Shown here: piece by piece, positions 8,214 through 17,717 of the stretch
Layout: each line of letters starts with the position of its first letter
How positions within the stretch are numbered: the stretch's first letter is position 1
NCBI GenBank assembly: GCA_965247335.1
Contig: CBDFGU010000009.1
Location: forward strand, 288,856 to 352,855
Length of the DNA stretch: 64,000 nt
Direction: 5' to 3'
Source of the DNA: Rickettsiales bacterium
Lineage (GTDB): Bacteria; Pseudomonadota; Alphaproteobacteria; Rickettsiales; UBA3002
The notes under the pieces: generated by a model
Told to the model about the DNA's origin: nothing
Seen by the model: only the letters and a program-made list of their open reading frames with translations
The model's database searches: none
Position numbers and translations under genes: made by a program

Positions 8214-11177
8214 TTACTTCACGAATATATCGGCGCGTTCCGGGTCACCGCTCGGCACCTTGTTCCCGAACGCCTGCGGACTAATGTTGAGTGGGTTCAC
8301 GCCCTTCTCGATCAGGTAAGCCCGGATCTGCAACGCCCGCGCCAGCGAAACACGCTTGGCGACAGAACTCTCCTCTGCGGTTCCACCCGCATACGCCACG
8401 ATCCGCACCGTACCTTGCGATTGCTTCACCTTATCGGCGACGGCGGAAAGGTCGCTCTTGGCATCATCCGAAAGGTCCGTCTTGTCTTTGGTGTAAGCAA
8501 GCGTTTTGCTCAATTTGCCATCGCCGGCGCTTGGTGTCGGCAACGCAAGTTTAGCCGCATCATCTGGTTTGGCCGCAGAAATAGGTTTGGTCGCATCGGC
8601 CAGTTTCACCTCCGGCACTTTCACTGTATCGGCCGGCTTGGCATTACCCGCGCTACCGTTGATCACCGCGGCTTCCTTCTTTGTCGCATCCGCCGTGACA
8701 GTCTTCGATAGTTCCGGCAGCGGCAATGGCATCGGTGCAGCTGAAGCGGTGGGCGGCAGGAGTGGTGCGGCGGGTTTGGCATCGGCAATCGCGGGTTTGA
8801 CCACCAGAGTTTTATCCGCAGGTTTTACTGCAGCCGCACCTGGCATCGGCAATGCCGGGAAGGTAGGTAATGCTGGAATCGTCGATGGCGTTGCCGCTGC
8901 GAGCGGTTTCGCGGCGATAGTGTCCTTTGGCTGCACGAGATCCATCGAGCTCACCGGTTTCGTCTCGCCCGTGATCGCGCTTAATGATGGCAGTGCCGGT
9001 TTCGCCGGTGCGATATCAAGCGGCAGCTTCGGCAATTCCGGCTTGGTATTGGCTGCAGCTTTCGCCGGCTCGCTCGGTTTCTCTGGCGTCGGCACCGGTT
9101 CCTTCTTCGCGTCGATAACCGGCGGCTTTGGCAATTCCGGCAGCGGCGGCATCGTCGAATTCTTCACATCCATTTTCGGCACGGGCGCGATATCGGACTT
9201 CGGCAGTACGATCGGTTTCTGATCCCCTTTGGCCAGTGGAGGAGCAGGCATCGGTGTCGGAACAGGCGCCGGTAATTCGGCCGGCGGCAATTTTTCCAGT
9301 GTCTTCGCGGCAACGGCGGCTTTCGCCGGTTCCGGCAGTTTCGGTGCTTCGGCTGGCTTCACCAAATCATCAGATTTTCCCGGCAATGCTGGCATCGGTA
9401 ACGCCAACATCGGTGCTTGCGCATTCGCCGCCGGTATCTCCTTCTTATCGCTCGCGCCTTTTGCCGGTTCTGGTACTTTAGGTAATTCGGCCGGTTTAGT
9501 CGCTTCCGGCGTTTTCATCACTGCATCAGGCTTGGTGGGTAATACTGGTGGCGGTAGCACAGGCGGTAATGCCGTCGCGTCTTTCGGGGCAGTCGGCTTG
9601 GTCGCATCCACCGCTTTCAACGGCTCAGGTGTCTTCACCGGCTCGGCCGGTTTCAGCGCGCTCGCTTTGGCTTTCGCCGCTTCCTTGGCCGCTTCGTCTG
9701 CTTTCAGTTTTTCATCGAGGGTATTCGTGACCTTGGTGTTATCCTCGATCATGCCTTGCGGTTTATTATCCGTGCCGTACATCTTGTCCATGCGCTGCGT
9801 TACGCTGGGTGGCAACGCAGGGGCAGCTGCTGGTACCGGCACGAGGATCGGTGCGGTTGAAATCGCTGGTGCAGGTTTTGCCGGAATCGAAGCGGATGGC
9901 TTCATCGCCGGTGCTTCCGGCAACGGCGCGATCACCGGTAACGTATCTTTCGGTTTCGCATTGATCACCGGTGGCAGCGGCAACGCCGGTGCGCTATCTT
10001 TTATTTTCGTCGTCGGCAAAGGTTGCAATGGCTCAAGCGGTGCGGAATCTTTCGTTTTCGGCACAGGCGGTAGTGGCGCAAGCGGTGCTGGCTCTTTCGC
10101 TTTCACCACAGACACCGGTGGCATCGGTTCAAGCGGCGCTGGCTCTTTCGTTTTTACCCCGAAGCTCGGCAATACCGGGTCAGCAACGGCAGCAGGCTTC
10201 GCGTGCGCCATCGGTGCCGTAGGTTTAGCCGGTGTAGCAACCGGCGCAGGTATCGTCACTGCGGGTTTCGGCGCCATCATCTGCGCGTCCATCGCTCTGA
10301 TGGAGCGGGCGGATGGCAGCACCGCCGCTGGCAGCGGCGGTACATCGTTTGTCAACGGGCGCAGGTCGCTGGCTGGCGCATGCCTGCTGTCAACGCTGGG
10401 CGTTCGCTGCACGGGCGCGACGACGGGCAACGGTGGAGCCTGCCACGCATCGATCGCCGGCGGTTTCGCGACCGGCTGTTCAGCAGGGATATGGTGCTGG
10501 ACTTGCGGCGCGGGCACCGGTGCCGGCCTCAGGTTCGGTGTACTAAGGGTTACTGCCGGCGCGGGCAAAGGGTATATGGGCCTGCTCGATGGCGGGATAA
10601 CGGGAATCTCTGGCAAAGGCGGTGCCGTTACTACCGCCGCATCCGGCAACGGCGCAGGCGTGAAGGAAGGTGCGGGCCTCGCTTCCACGACCGGCCTATT
10701 GACTTCAGGGCTCACGGATGGCTGTTCAAAAACAGGTGCCGGGGCGATGATGGTCGCCGGAGCGATCGTCGGTGCCGGCGGCGGCGGCGGTGGCGGCAGC
10801 CGTGGCGAAACCACCGCTGGCAATGGTCGTTGCATCACCGATGCCGGTTGCATCACCGGTGCCGGTTGCATAACAGGCGCCGCGTGCATAAGTGGTGCCG
10901 GTTGCGGATTCATGACCGGCGCGACCCGCACGGCCGGCGGAACCGTCATCGGTGCGGCTTGTATGACGGATGGAGGAATGCGCACAGGCTTGATCGGCTC
11001 ATACTGCGCCGGCTGCAATGCCTGCAACGCGCCGAGGTTAACTTCGACACTCGGTTTCTCGGGCACGATGTCACGCGCGTTTGCCGCGCCTGCATTGCCA
11101 AGCCACACCAGCCCGCAAACACTGCCAAGCAACAGGCTTCGGGTGGTCGTGCGCGCGAGAACGTGGAAAGCTGGCAT
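8214..11177 (-). CDS. Exported Pro/Ala-rich protein with C-terminal OmpA-like domain
   Basis: Signal-peptide-like N-terminus (..AANA/RD), about 850 aa Pro/Ala/Lys-rich linker, C-terminal IVAYAGG...SLARALQIRAYLIEKGV...RADIF. Confidence 0.82.
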   Translation of the reverse strand: MPAFHVLARTTTRSLLLGSVCGLVWLGNAGAANARDIVPEKPSVEVNLGALQALQPAQYEPIKPVRIPPSVIQAAPMTVPPAVRVAPVMNPQPAPLMHAAPVMQPAPVMQPASVMQRPLPAVVSPRLPPPPPPPAPTIAPATIIAPAPVFEQPSVSPEVNRPVVEARPAPSFTPAPLPDAAVVTAPPLPEIPVIPPSSRPIYPLPAPAVTLSTPNLRPAPVPAPQVQHHIPAEQPVAKPPAIDAWQAPPLPVVAPVQRTPSVDSRHAPASDLRPLTNDVPPLPAAVLPSARSIRAMDAQMMAPKPAVTIPAPVATPAKPTAPMAHAKPAAVADPVLPSFGVKTKEPAPLEPMPPVSVVKAKEPAPLAPLPPVPKTKDSAPLEPLQPLPTTKIKDSAPALPLPPVINAKPKDTLPVIAPLPEAPAMKPSASIPAKPAPAISTAPILVPVPAAAPALPPSVTQRMDKMYGTDNKPQGMIEDNTKVTNTLDEKLKADEAAKEAAKAKASALKPAEPVKTPEPLKAVDATKPTAPKDATALPPVLPPPVLPTKPDAVMKTPEATKPAELPKVPEPAKGASDKKEIPAANAQAPMLALPMPALPGKSDDLVKPAEAPKLPEPAKAAVAAKTLEKLPPAELPAPVPTPMPAPPLAKGDQKPIVLPKSDIAPVPKMDVKNSTMPPLPELPKPPVIDAKKEPVPTPEKPSEPAKAAANTKPELPKLPLDIAPAKPALPSLSAITGETKPVSSMDLVQPKDTIAAKPLAAATPSTIPALPTFPALPMPGAAAVKPADKTLVVKPAIADAKPAAPLLPPTASAAPMPLPLPELSKTVTADATKKEAAVINGSAGNAKPADTVKVPEVKLADATKPISAAKPDDAAKLALPTPSAGDGKLSKTLAYTKDKTDLSDDAKSDLSAVADKVKQSQGTVRIVAYAGGTAEESSVAKRVSLARALQIRAYLIEKGVNPLNISPQAFGNKVPSGDPERADIFVK

Positions 11178-11308
11178 GTGCGATGACGTCTTTTTCGTGT
11201 TTGGCTAAGGCATCGGTTTGTAGCAAAGCCGTGGTACAACTTGCAAGTGCAGAATCATCAAATACTCCCTTGCGTGGGGGCAACCTTTACATTAGAGACG
11301 TGAAACGT

Positions 11309-12109
11309 ATGGCCCAATCCCCGTTGATGACCGTGATGACTGCCGCTGTGCGCAAAGCGGCCAAGGGTGTCGCCCGCGATTTCGGCGAAGTCGACAAACT
11401 GCAGATATCGAAAAAAGGTGCCGCCAATTTCGTCACCAACGCGGACTTGCGCACCGACAAGATGCTGATCGACGAGTTGAGCAAGGCCCGCCCCAAATTC
11501 AGTTTCCTCACTGAGGAATCCGGTATCATCAAAAGTGCCGAAGATAAACACCGTTTCGTCATCGACCCGATCGACGGCACCACCAATTTCATCCACGCCA
11601 TTCCCTATATCTCCATCTCCGTCGCCGCCCAGCAGCGCAACAAGGATGGCGAGTGGGAGAACATCGCCGGCATCGTCTACGATCCGATCCATGACGAACT
11701 GTTTACCGCCGAAGCCAAACAGGGCGCATACCTGAACGGTGCCCGCATTCGCGCCAGCACCCGCCGCGAGGATCTGCTCATCTCTACGACCGCCCCACGC
11801 AAAACGCGCTCGGGCTACGAAGAAACGCTGGCCGCGTTCATCCGCGTCGTCGCCGCTGGCCCCACCGTGCGCAGCTCCGGCTCCGCCGCGCTCGACCTCG
11901 CTTATGTCGCGTCCGGCCGCCTCGATGGCATGTGGTACCAGCGCCTGAACGCCTGGGACATGGTCGCTGGCAACCTCCTCGTCAAGGAAGCGAACGGCAT
12001 GGTCACTTCAGTTGATGGCACGCCCGTCGCCACCGATGGCAAAGGCAGCGTCCTTGCCACTAATGGCCTCATCCACCGGCAGCTGAAAGCACTGCTCGAA
12101 GGCAAGTAG
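11309..12109 (+). CDS. suhB: Inositol monophosphatase family protein SuhB
   Basis: IDPIDGTTNF, GSAALDLAYVASGRLDG and WDMVAG motifs. Confidence 0.9.
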   Translation: MAQSPLMTVMTAAVRKAAKGVARDFGEVDKLQISKKGAANFVTNADLRTDKMLIDELSKARPKFSFLTEESGIIKSAEDKHRFVIDPIDGTTNFIHAIPYISISVAAQQRNKDGEWENIAGIVYDPIHDELFTAEAKQGAYLNGARIRASTRREDLLISTTAPRKTRSGYEETLAAFIRVVAAGPTVRSSGSAALDLAYVASGRLDGMWYQRLNAWDMVAGNLLVKEANGMVTSVDGTPVATDGKGSVLATNGLIHRQLKALLEGK

Positions 12110-12113
12110 CAAC

Positions 12114-13022
12114 ATGTCGCCCTCGTCCGAGCAACTGCGCCAAGGCTATCTCAGCGCCCTCGTCGTCGTCGCCATCTGGACCGGCTTTATCGTCACCTCA
12201 CGCATGGGCGGCAAAAGCTCCCTTACCCCGTATGATATGATCGCCCTGCGCTATAGCGTCGCCGCCTTCGCCATCCTGCCCTTCTACCTGCACTACCGCC
12301 CGCAGCTCTGGGAATGGCGCAAGCTTCTCCTCTGCGCCACCGGCCTGCTCGGTTTCACCCTGCTCGCCTTCAACGGCTTCCACCGCACCCTGGCCAGCCA
12401 CGCTGGCATCCTCATGCAAGGTTTCCTGCCGTTCTCCGTCTCGGTGATGGCCTATTTCCTGGCCGGTGAAAGACCCACTCGCCAGCGTCTGACCGGCCTC
12501 GTCCTCATCTTCATGGGCGTCGCCGCCATGGCCTACGACAGTTTCTCCGGCAGCGACTTCACCACCACCCTCCTCGGTGATGGCTTTATGCTCGCCGCCT
12601 CCCTCTCCTGGGCGTTCTACACCGTACTGCTGCGCCGCTGGAACTTTCCGCCGATGGAGTGCGCCATCGCCGTCACCGTTCTCGCCATTGTCCTTTACCT
12701 TCCGGTGTATGTCCTGTTCCTCCCGAAGAACATCATGGACGCGCCATGGCAGAACCTTGCCCTCCACGGCTTCTACCAGGGCATCCTCGTTGCCGTCGTG
12801 CAGATGATCTTCTACACCCGCGCCGTTTCTCAACTCGGTGCAACCCGTCTCGCAATGGTGACGAGCACCGTCCCCGTCCTCGCCTCCGTCGTCGCTGCTA
12901 TCATGCCCCAACTGAATGAATCACTGACGACACCCATCATCATCGGCCTCGTTTTTGTCATGCTCGGCGCGTATATCGGCAATCGCCAGCCGAAATCGAC
13001 GCCGCAACTCCCCATCGACTGA
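12114..13022 (+). CDS. DMT/EamA family transporter
   Basis: About 10 TM segments in two EamA-like repeats. Confidence 0.85.
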   Translation: MSPSSEQLRQGYLSALVVVAIWTGFIVTSRMGGKSSLTPYDMIALRYSVAAFAILPFYLHYRPQLWEWRKLLLCATGLLGFTLLAFNGFHRTLASHAGILMQGFLPFSVSVMAYFLAGERPTRQRLTGLVLIFMGVAAMAYDSFSGSDFTTTLLGDGFMLAASLSWAFYTVLLRRWNFPPMECAIAVTVLAIVLYLPVYVLFLPKNIMDAPWQNLALHGFYQGILVAVVQMIFYTRAVSQLGATRLAMVTSTVPVLASVVAAIMPQLNESLTTPIIIGLVFVMLGAYIGNRQPKSTPQLPID

Positions 13023-13023
13023 C

Positions 13024-13998
13024 ATGCGCCGCTTCCCCTTACCCGACTGGTTCCTCACCGGCATGGTCATCGCCATGTTCCTCGCCTACCTGTTCCCCGC
13101 ACCCGGTGCGGCTGGCAGCAGCATGCACCCGGAGCTCGTCATCAAAGGCGGCATCGCGCTCATCTTCTTCCTTCACGGCGCCCAGCTTTCCTTCACCGCG
13201 CTGAAGGACGGCGTCAGCCGTTGGAAGCTCCATTTCATCGTTCAAGCCACCACGTTTCTTGTCTTCCCCCTCATCGGCCTCGTACTGATGCATCTTGCCA
13301 AACCATGGCTCAGCGCCGATCTCGAACTCGGTCTCTTCTATCTCTGCGCCCTACCCTCGACCGTCTCCTCCTCCGTCGCCATGACCGCCGCGGCGCGCGG
13401 CAACGTTCCTGTTGCTGTCTTCAACGCCACCATCTCCAGCATCATCGGCATCGTCCTCACCCCGCTCTGGATGAGCCTCGTCGTCACCCAACAAAGCGGC
13501 CACATGGATACGTTCGGCGTTATTCTCGATCTCGTCCAATGGTTGCTCCTGCCGCTCATCATCGGTCATCTGTTGCGCCCGCTCATCGGCGCCTTCATCA
13601 CCCGCCATAAAGCCTATGTCAGCAAGGTGGATCGCCTCACCATCCTTTTGCTCGTCTACACTTCTTTCTGTGATTCCTTCGCCAACCATGTCTGGTCCGG
13701 CCATGGCACCCTCACCATGGTCATCACGGTCGCCACCACCGTGCTGCTGTTCTTCGCTGTGCTGGGTGGCCTGATTTTCTTCTGCAAAAAACTTGAAATC
13801 GAACCCGGTTACCGCGCCGCCGTCGTTTTCTGCGGCACCAAGAAAAGCCTCGCCAGCGGTGTTCCAATGGCCCACCTGCTCTTTACCGGTAACCCGGCGC
13901 TCGGCCTTATTTTGTTACCGATTATGATCTATCACCCGCTACAACTTTTCATCTGCGGGCCATTGGCGAATCATTGGGCGAAGCGTAATCTCGTTTAA
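13024..13998 (+). CDS. Bile acid:sodium symporter family (YfeH-like) transporter
   Basis: LCALPSTVSSSVAMT and FCGTKKSLASGVPMA motifs. Confidence 0.88.
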   Translation: MRRFPLPDWFLTGMVIAMFLAYLFPAPGAAGSSMHPELVIKGGIALIFFLHGAQLSFTALKDGVSRWKLHFIVQATTFLVFPLIGLVLMHLAKPWLSADLELGLFYLCALPSTVSSSVAMTAAARGNVPVAVFNATISSIIGIVLTPLWMSLVVTQQSGHMDTFGVILDLVQWLLLPLIIGHLLRPLIGAFITRHKAYVSKVDRLTILLLVYTSFCDSFANHVWSGHGTLTMVITVATTVLLFFAVLGGLIFFCKKLEIEPGYRAAVVFCGTKKSLASGVPMAHLLFTGNPALGLILLPIMIYHPLQLFICGPLANHWAKRNLV

Positions 13999-14062
13999 AG
14001 TATGGTCGAACTTCCCGGTTTCTACCTGCGGTGCCATATTCAAAAAAAATACAGCGAAGGGC

Positions 14063-14098
14063 ATGTTACAAATGTTACCGATGTTACATATGTTACAT
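14063..14098. repeat. Four tandem 9-bp repeats ATGTTACNN
   Basis: ATGTTACAA ATGTTACCG ATGTTACAT ATGTTACAT in an AT-rich convergent intergenic region. Confidence 0.8.
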
Positions 14099-14228
14099 GG
14101 TTTAATTTATAAATCATTGAATTTTATGCGTCTCTAAAAATGCCCTATAACATGAGAAAAGTAGGTGGCATGGACAGTACATTCTTACGCGATTACCACG
14201 TATAACCTGAATGGTCTAAAGACGCCTG

Positions 14229-14792
14229 CTATTTCGCCCGCTCAACATACGTCAGCTCATCGGTGTTCACCACGATGCGGTCACCCGTGCCGATGAATGG
14301 CGGTACCATCACCTTCACGCCATTTTCAAGGATCGCCGGTTTGTAGCTCGACGTTGCCGTCTGTCCCTTCACGACCGGGTCGGCTTCGGTGATTTCGAGC
14401 GTCACCTGTTTCGGCAATTTCACGCCAAGCGGTGTACCGTCATTTAATTCCACCTGTACCACCATGCCGTCCTGCAGGAACGCCGCGCGGTCACCGAGAA
14501 AATCCGCTTCCATGGTGATCTGCTCATAATTTTCCTGATCCATGAACGTCAGCGTATCGCCTTCGCGATAAAGATACTGGAAATCGCGCTGGTCGAGCGA
14601 TACGCGCTCGATCCCCTCATCCGGACGCAGGCGGATATTCTTCTTGATGCCCGTTTTGATGTCCTTGAATTCCACCTGGTTGAACGAGCGCAGATTGCCC
14701 GGCGTGCGGATCTCGTGGCTCGCCACCACCCACAACTTGCCTTCATACTCCACCACCATCCCGGCGCGGACGCTCGAACCATCAATGCGCAT
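14229..14792 (-). CDS. efp: Elongation factor P (atypical PGN loop)
   Basis: 187 aa. YLY, VKGQTATSSYKPAILENG, VPPFI and YVERA EF-P motifs; loop reads RTPGNLRSF. Upstream TTGCAA-N17-TATAGA promoter. Confidence 0.95.
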   Translation of the reverse strand: MRIDGSSVRAGMVVEYEGKLWVVASHEIRTPGNLRSFNQVEFKDIKTGIKKNIRLRPDEGIERVSLDQRDFQYLYREGDTLTFMDQENYEQITMEADFLGDRAAFLQDGMVVQVELNDGTPLGVKLPKQVTLEITEADPVVKGQTATSSYKPAILENGVKVMVPPFIGTGDRIVVNTDELTYVERAK

Positions 14793-14901
14793 ATATACTC
14801 CTTGGAAATCTCGTCGTTTACGGACTGTGGCAGCCTCTATAGTAAGCTGGCACACGCATTGCAAGTCCGCTGTTCGCCGACGAACCCTATTGAAAGCCAC
14901 C

Positions 14902-15414
14902 ATGGAAGTCATTACGGAAACCTTCCTACTCAAAATGCCCGGCCGCACGTGCGGCGAGTGCGCTCTGTGCTGTAAAATTCCGGTCATCCCCGAACTCAAC
15001 AAGCCCTACAACACATGGTGCACCCATTGCATCGACAAGACCAGCTGCAGCATCCACCAGTCCCGCCCCCAGCGTTGCCGCGATTTCAACTGCTACTTCC
15101 TCGGCAGTGCGCTTGGTGAGGAATGGCGCCCCAGCAAATGCCGCATGATCCTCGCCGCGCACCCAGACCGCATGGTCATCATGGTCGATCCCGCCCGTCC
15201 CGATGCCTGGCGCAAGGAGCCCTATTACGGCTTCATTCTCAACTGGGCGGCGCAGACGACTGTCTACGCTATGGTCGGTAGCAAGACCTACGCCGTCTTC
15301 CCTGATCATATCGACGATCTCGGCGAAGTAACGGACGAGCACCAGATTTTAATTACCGAAGAAATAACGCCGAACGGCCCACGCCGTTGCGCCCAACGCG
15401 TCGCCAAAACCTAG
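14902..15414 (+). CDS. YkgJ-like cysteine-cluster protein
   Basis: CGECALCC...CTHC...CSIH..RP..CRDFNC pattern. Confidence 0.75.
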   Translation: MEVITETFLLKMPGRTCGECALCCKIPVIPELNKPYNTWCTHCIDKTSCSIHQSRPQRCRDFNCYFLGSALGEEWRPSKCRMILAAHPDRMVIMVDPARPDAWRKEPYYGFILNWAAQTTVYAMVGSKTYAVFPDHIDDLGEVTDEHQILITEEITPNGPRRCAQRVAKT

Positions 15415-16079
15415 CGCCGGGCTTTCAGCCCTTCCTTAATGGCCTCATTGAATGCCTGCACCGCCGTCGTCGCACCTTCCGGGTGACTCCACACCGCGGT
15501 AATGGCTGCGATAAAATCCGCCCCCTGCGCCACCAGTTCGCCGCAATTTTCTGGCGTCAAACCACCGATGGCGACCGATGGCACCGTCGTATACGTGCTC
15601 CACCACGGCAGCAGATCCGGTGCCGGTGTGCCATACATCGCAAGTTTCTCCGGCGATTTTGATTTCGTCGGATGGTATGCACCGAACGCGACGTAATCCG
15701 CTCCCGCCTCACCCGCTTCCATCGCGAGATGTCCCGAATCATGACAGCTGATACCGATGGCCACATTCTCCCCCAGCACTTTACGCGCCTCTGTCAGCTT
15801 TATGTCCTCCTGCCCGAGATGCACCCCATCGACCTTCAGTTCCTTCGCCAGGTCCACCCGGTCATTGAGCATGAATGCCACGCCATGGGCATGTACGATG
15901 GGCATTAACACCCGAATTGCGTCGCGGATCATGTCGTCCGTCGCGTCCTTCAATCGCAGCTGGAATGCCCCGACATCGCCCGCACCGAGTGCTGCCTCGA
16001 GTTCGGCAGCAAATGTCGGAAGCATCAGTGTTCCCGGCGAAATCAGGTAGAGGCGGCAGAGATAGGGTTCGATGGACAT
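15411..16079 (-). CDS. thiE: Thiamine-phosphate synthase
   Basis: FQLRLK, NDRVDLA, DGVHLGQED, GISCH, ADYVAFG and AIGG motifs. Confidence 0.93.
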   Translation of the reverse strand: MSIEPYLCRLYLISPGTLMLPTFAAELEAALGAGDVGAFQLRLKDATDDMIRDAIRVLMPIVHAHGVAFMLNDRVDLAKELKVDGVHLGQEDIKLTEARKVLGENVAIGISCHDSGHLAMEAGEAGADYVAFGAYHPTKSKSPEKLAMYGTPAPDLLPWWSTYTTVPSVAIGGLTPENCGELVAQGADFIAAITAVWSHPEGATTAVQAFNEAIKEGLKARR

Positions 16080-16167
16080 TACAGTACTATAACGCGCAGA
16101 GCCCCTCCTCACTACTGAAAATTTACAGTACGGCGCGCATGCTGGAACCATCAACAAGGGAGATTTT

Positions 16168-16359
16168 ATGCGTAATCTGATACTGGCTCTAACGACCGGG
16201 TTTCTCGCCGCCGAAGCCATGGCGCTATACCGCGACTACACCATGAACAACATCAGCCGCCGCCGCAATGAGGCCAAAGTCGACGATACGCTCGACGATT
16301 CATTTCCGGCCAGCGATGTGCCGAACTGGACGCCACAACACATCCGCGCCAAACGCTAG
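16168..16359 (+). CDS. Small protein with DSFPASD motif
   Basis: SD AAGGGAG, hydrophobic N-terminus, VDDTLDDSFPASDVPNWT motif. Confidence 0.7.
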   Translation: MRNLILALTTGFLAAEAMALYRDYTMNNISRRRNEAKVDDTLDDSFPASDVPNWTPQHIRAKR

Positions 16360-16372
16360 TAAAAAACGCTAG

Positions 16373-17299
16373 CTATTTGCCTTGGTAGATACCGACGATC
16401 TCGGACAGTAGTCCAAGCGCTTCTTCGCGTGGACGCTGGAACGCGTTGCGGCCCATGATAGACCCATCCGCGCCGCCGGCAGCGATGTCTTTTACTTCGT
16501 GCAGCACTTCGGCACTCGACTTTGCACCACCACCAGAGAAGATGACCAAGCGTCGCCCACCAAACGTCGTTTGTTTGATATGCGCGATACGCTCCGACAA
16601 CGTACCGATTGCGATTTTTTCCTTTTCGTAAACTTTCTTTGCTTCCGCCTGCTCGATGAACGCGGTCGGCGGTTTCACTTTGATGATATGCGCCCCCATT
16701 AGCGCTGCGATATGCGCCGCGTAAGCCGTCACGTCGATCGCCGTTTCACCATCTTTCGATAGACCTGCGCCACGTGGATAGCTCCAGATAACCACCGCCA
16801 TACCGAGTGCTTTTGCTTCCGCCGCCATCTCACGGATTTCTTCAAGCTGGTCATACGTCTGGTGACCGCCCGGATAGATCGTAAAGCCGATGGCCGAACA
16901 GCCAAGGCGCAGCGCATCTTCCACCGTCGCCGTCACCGCCTGGTCTGGCGCGCAATCCTTCGGCGCGATGGAGTTGTTGCTGTTCACTTTCAAAATGAGC
17001 GGGATCGCTCCGGCGAACGTATCAGCACCAGCTTCCAGCATGCCGAGCGGCGCCGCATACGCGTTCAGGCCCGCATCGATCGCCAGTTTGAAATGGTAAT
17101 GCGGGTCATACGCCGCCGTATTCATCGCGAAGCTGCGCGCCGGGCCATGCTCAAAACCCTGGTCCACCGGCAGGATGACCATCTTACCCGTGCCACCGAG
17201 TTTGCCATGCATCAGCATGCGCGCAAGGTTGGCTTTCGTGCCCGGATTATCCGATTCGTACCAGCTCAGGATTTCTTTCACTTTACGCGACAGGGCCAT
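16373..17299 (-). CDS. fbaB: Class I fructose-bisphosphate aldolase (DhnA type)
   Basis: ILPVDQGFEHGP, WSYPRG, HIIKVK and MGRNAFQR motifs. Confidence 0.93.
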   Translation of the reverse strand: MALSRKVKEILSWYESDNPGTKANLARMLMHGKLGGTGKMVILPVDQGFEHGPARSFAMNTAAYDPHYHFKLAIDAGLNAYAAPLGMLEAGADTFAGAIPLILKVNSNNSIAPKDCAPDQAVTATVEDALRLGCSAIGFTIYPGGHQTYDQLEEIREMAAEAKALGMAVVIWSYPRGAGLSKDGETAIDVTAYAAHIAALMGAHIIKVKPPTAFIEQAEAKKVYEKEKIAIGTLSERIAHIKQTTFGGRRLVIFSGGGAKSSAEVLHEVKDIAAGGADGSIMGRNAFQRPREEALGLLSEIVGIYQGK

Positions 17300-17306
17300 G
17301 ATTTCC

Positions 17307-17717
17307 TCATTGTGGCAGGGAATGGATCACTAATGCGACCGATATGATGCCAATTACGCTAAATGTCGAGACCATTCCGCAACTTCTCCAGATAGGCCAG
17401 TGCTGCAGCTTGCCATCCACATAGCGCTCATGCACCAGCAGGCTATAGGCGTGCGCGATGCGCCCGGCAACGAACCAGCTGCCCAGCACATGCACCGCCC
17501 AGGGCGCCATTCCCTGATGTTCCGTTAAGCCCAAAAGCACAATGAACAGTGGCGCGTATTCCGCGAAATTGCCCTGCGCCCGCGTGCGGCGCTGCATCTC
17601 GAATGCGTTGGCGCCCAACGCCTCGCCTGTACGGTACCGCCCACGGATCACCTGCACCGAAAGCGCGATCATCATCAACCCGAGCAACCCGGCATACAGT
17701 GAAATCACCATGTTCAT
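17307..17717 (-). CDS. MAPEG family membrane protein
   Basis: RAQGNFAEYAP and GRIAHA motifs with 3-4 TM segments. Confidence 0.85.
   Translation of the reverse strand: MNMVISLYAGLLGLMMIALSVQVIRGRYRTGEALGANAFEMQRRTRAQGNFAEYAPLFIVLLGLTEHQGMAPWAVHVLGSWFVAGRIAHAYSLLVHERYVDGKLQHWPIWRSCGMVSTFSVIGIISVALVIHSLPQ

Noticed and set aside
9229-11208. 659-aa Gly/Ala-rich ORF on the + strand
   Set aside because: Antisense shadow of the Pro/Ala-rich OmpA-domain gene (Pro codons read as Gly). No independent motif.
14063-14098. Possible CRISPR array
   Set aside because: The 9-bp units have no spacers and there are no cas genes.
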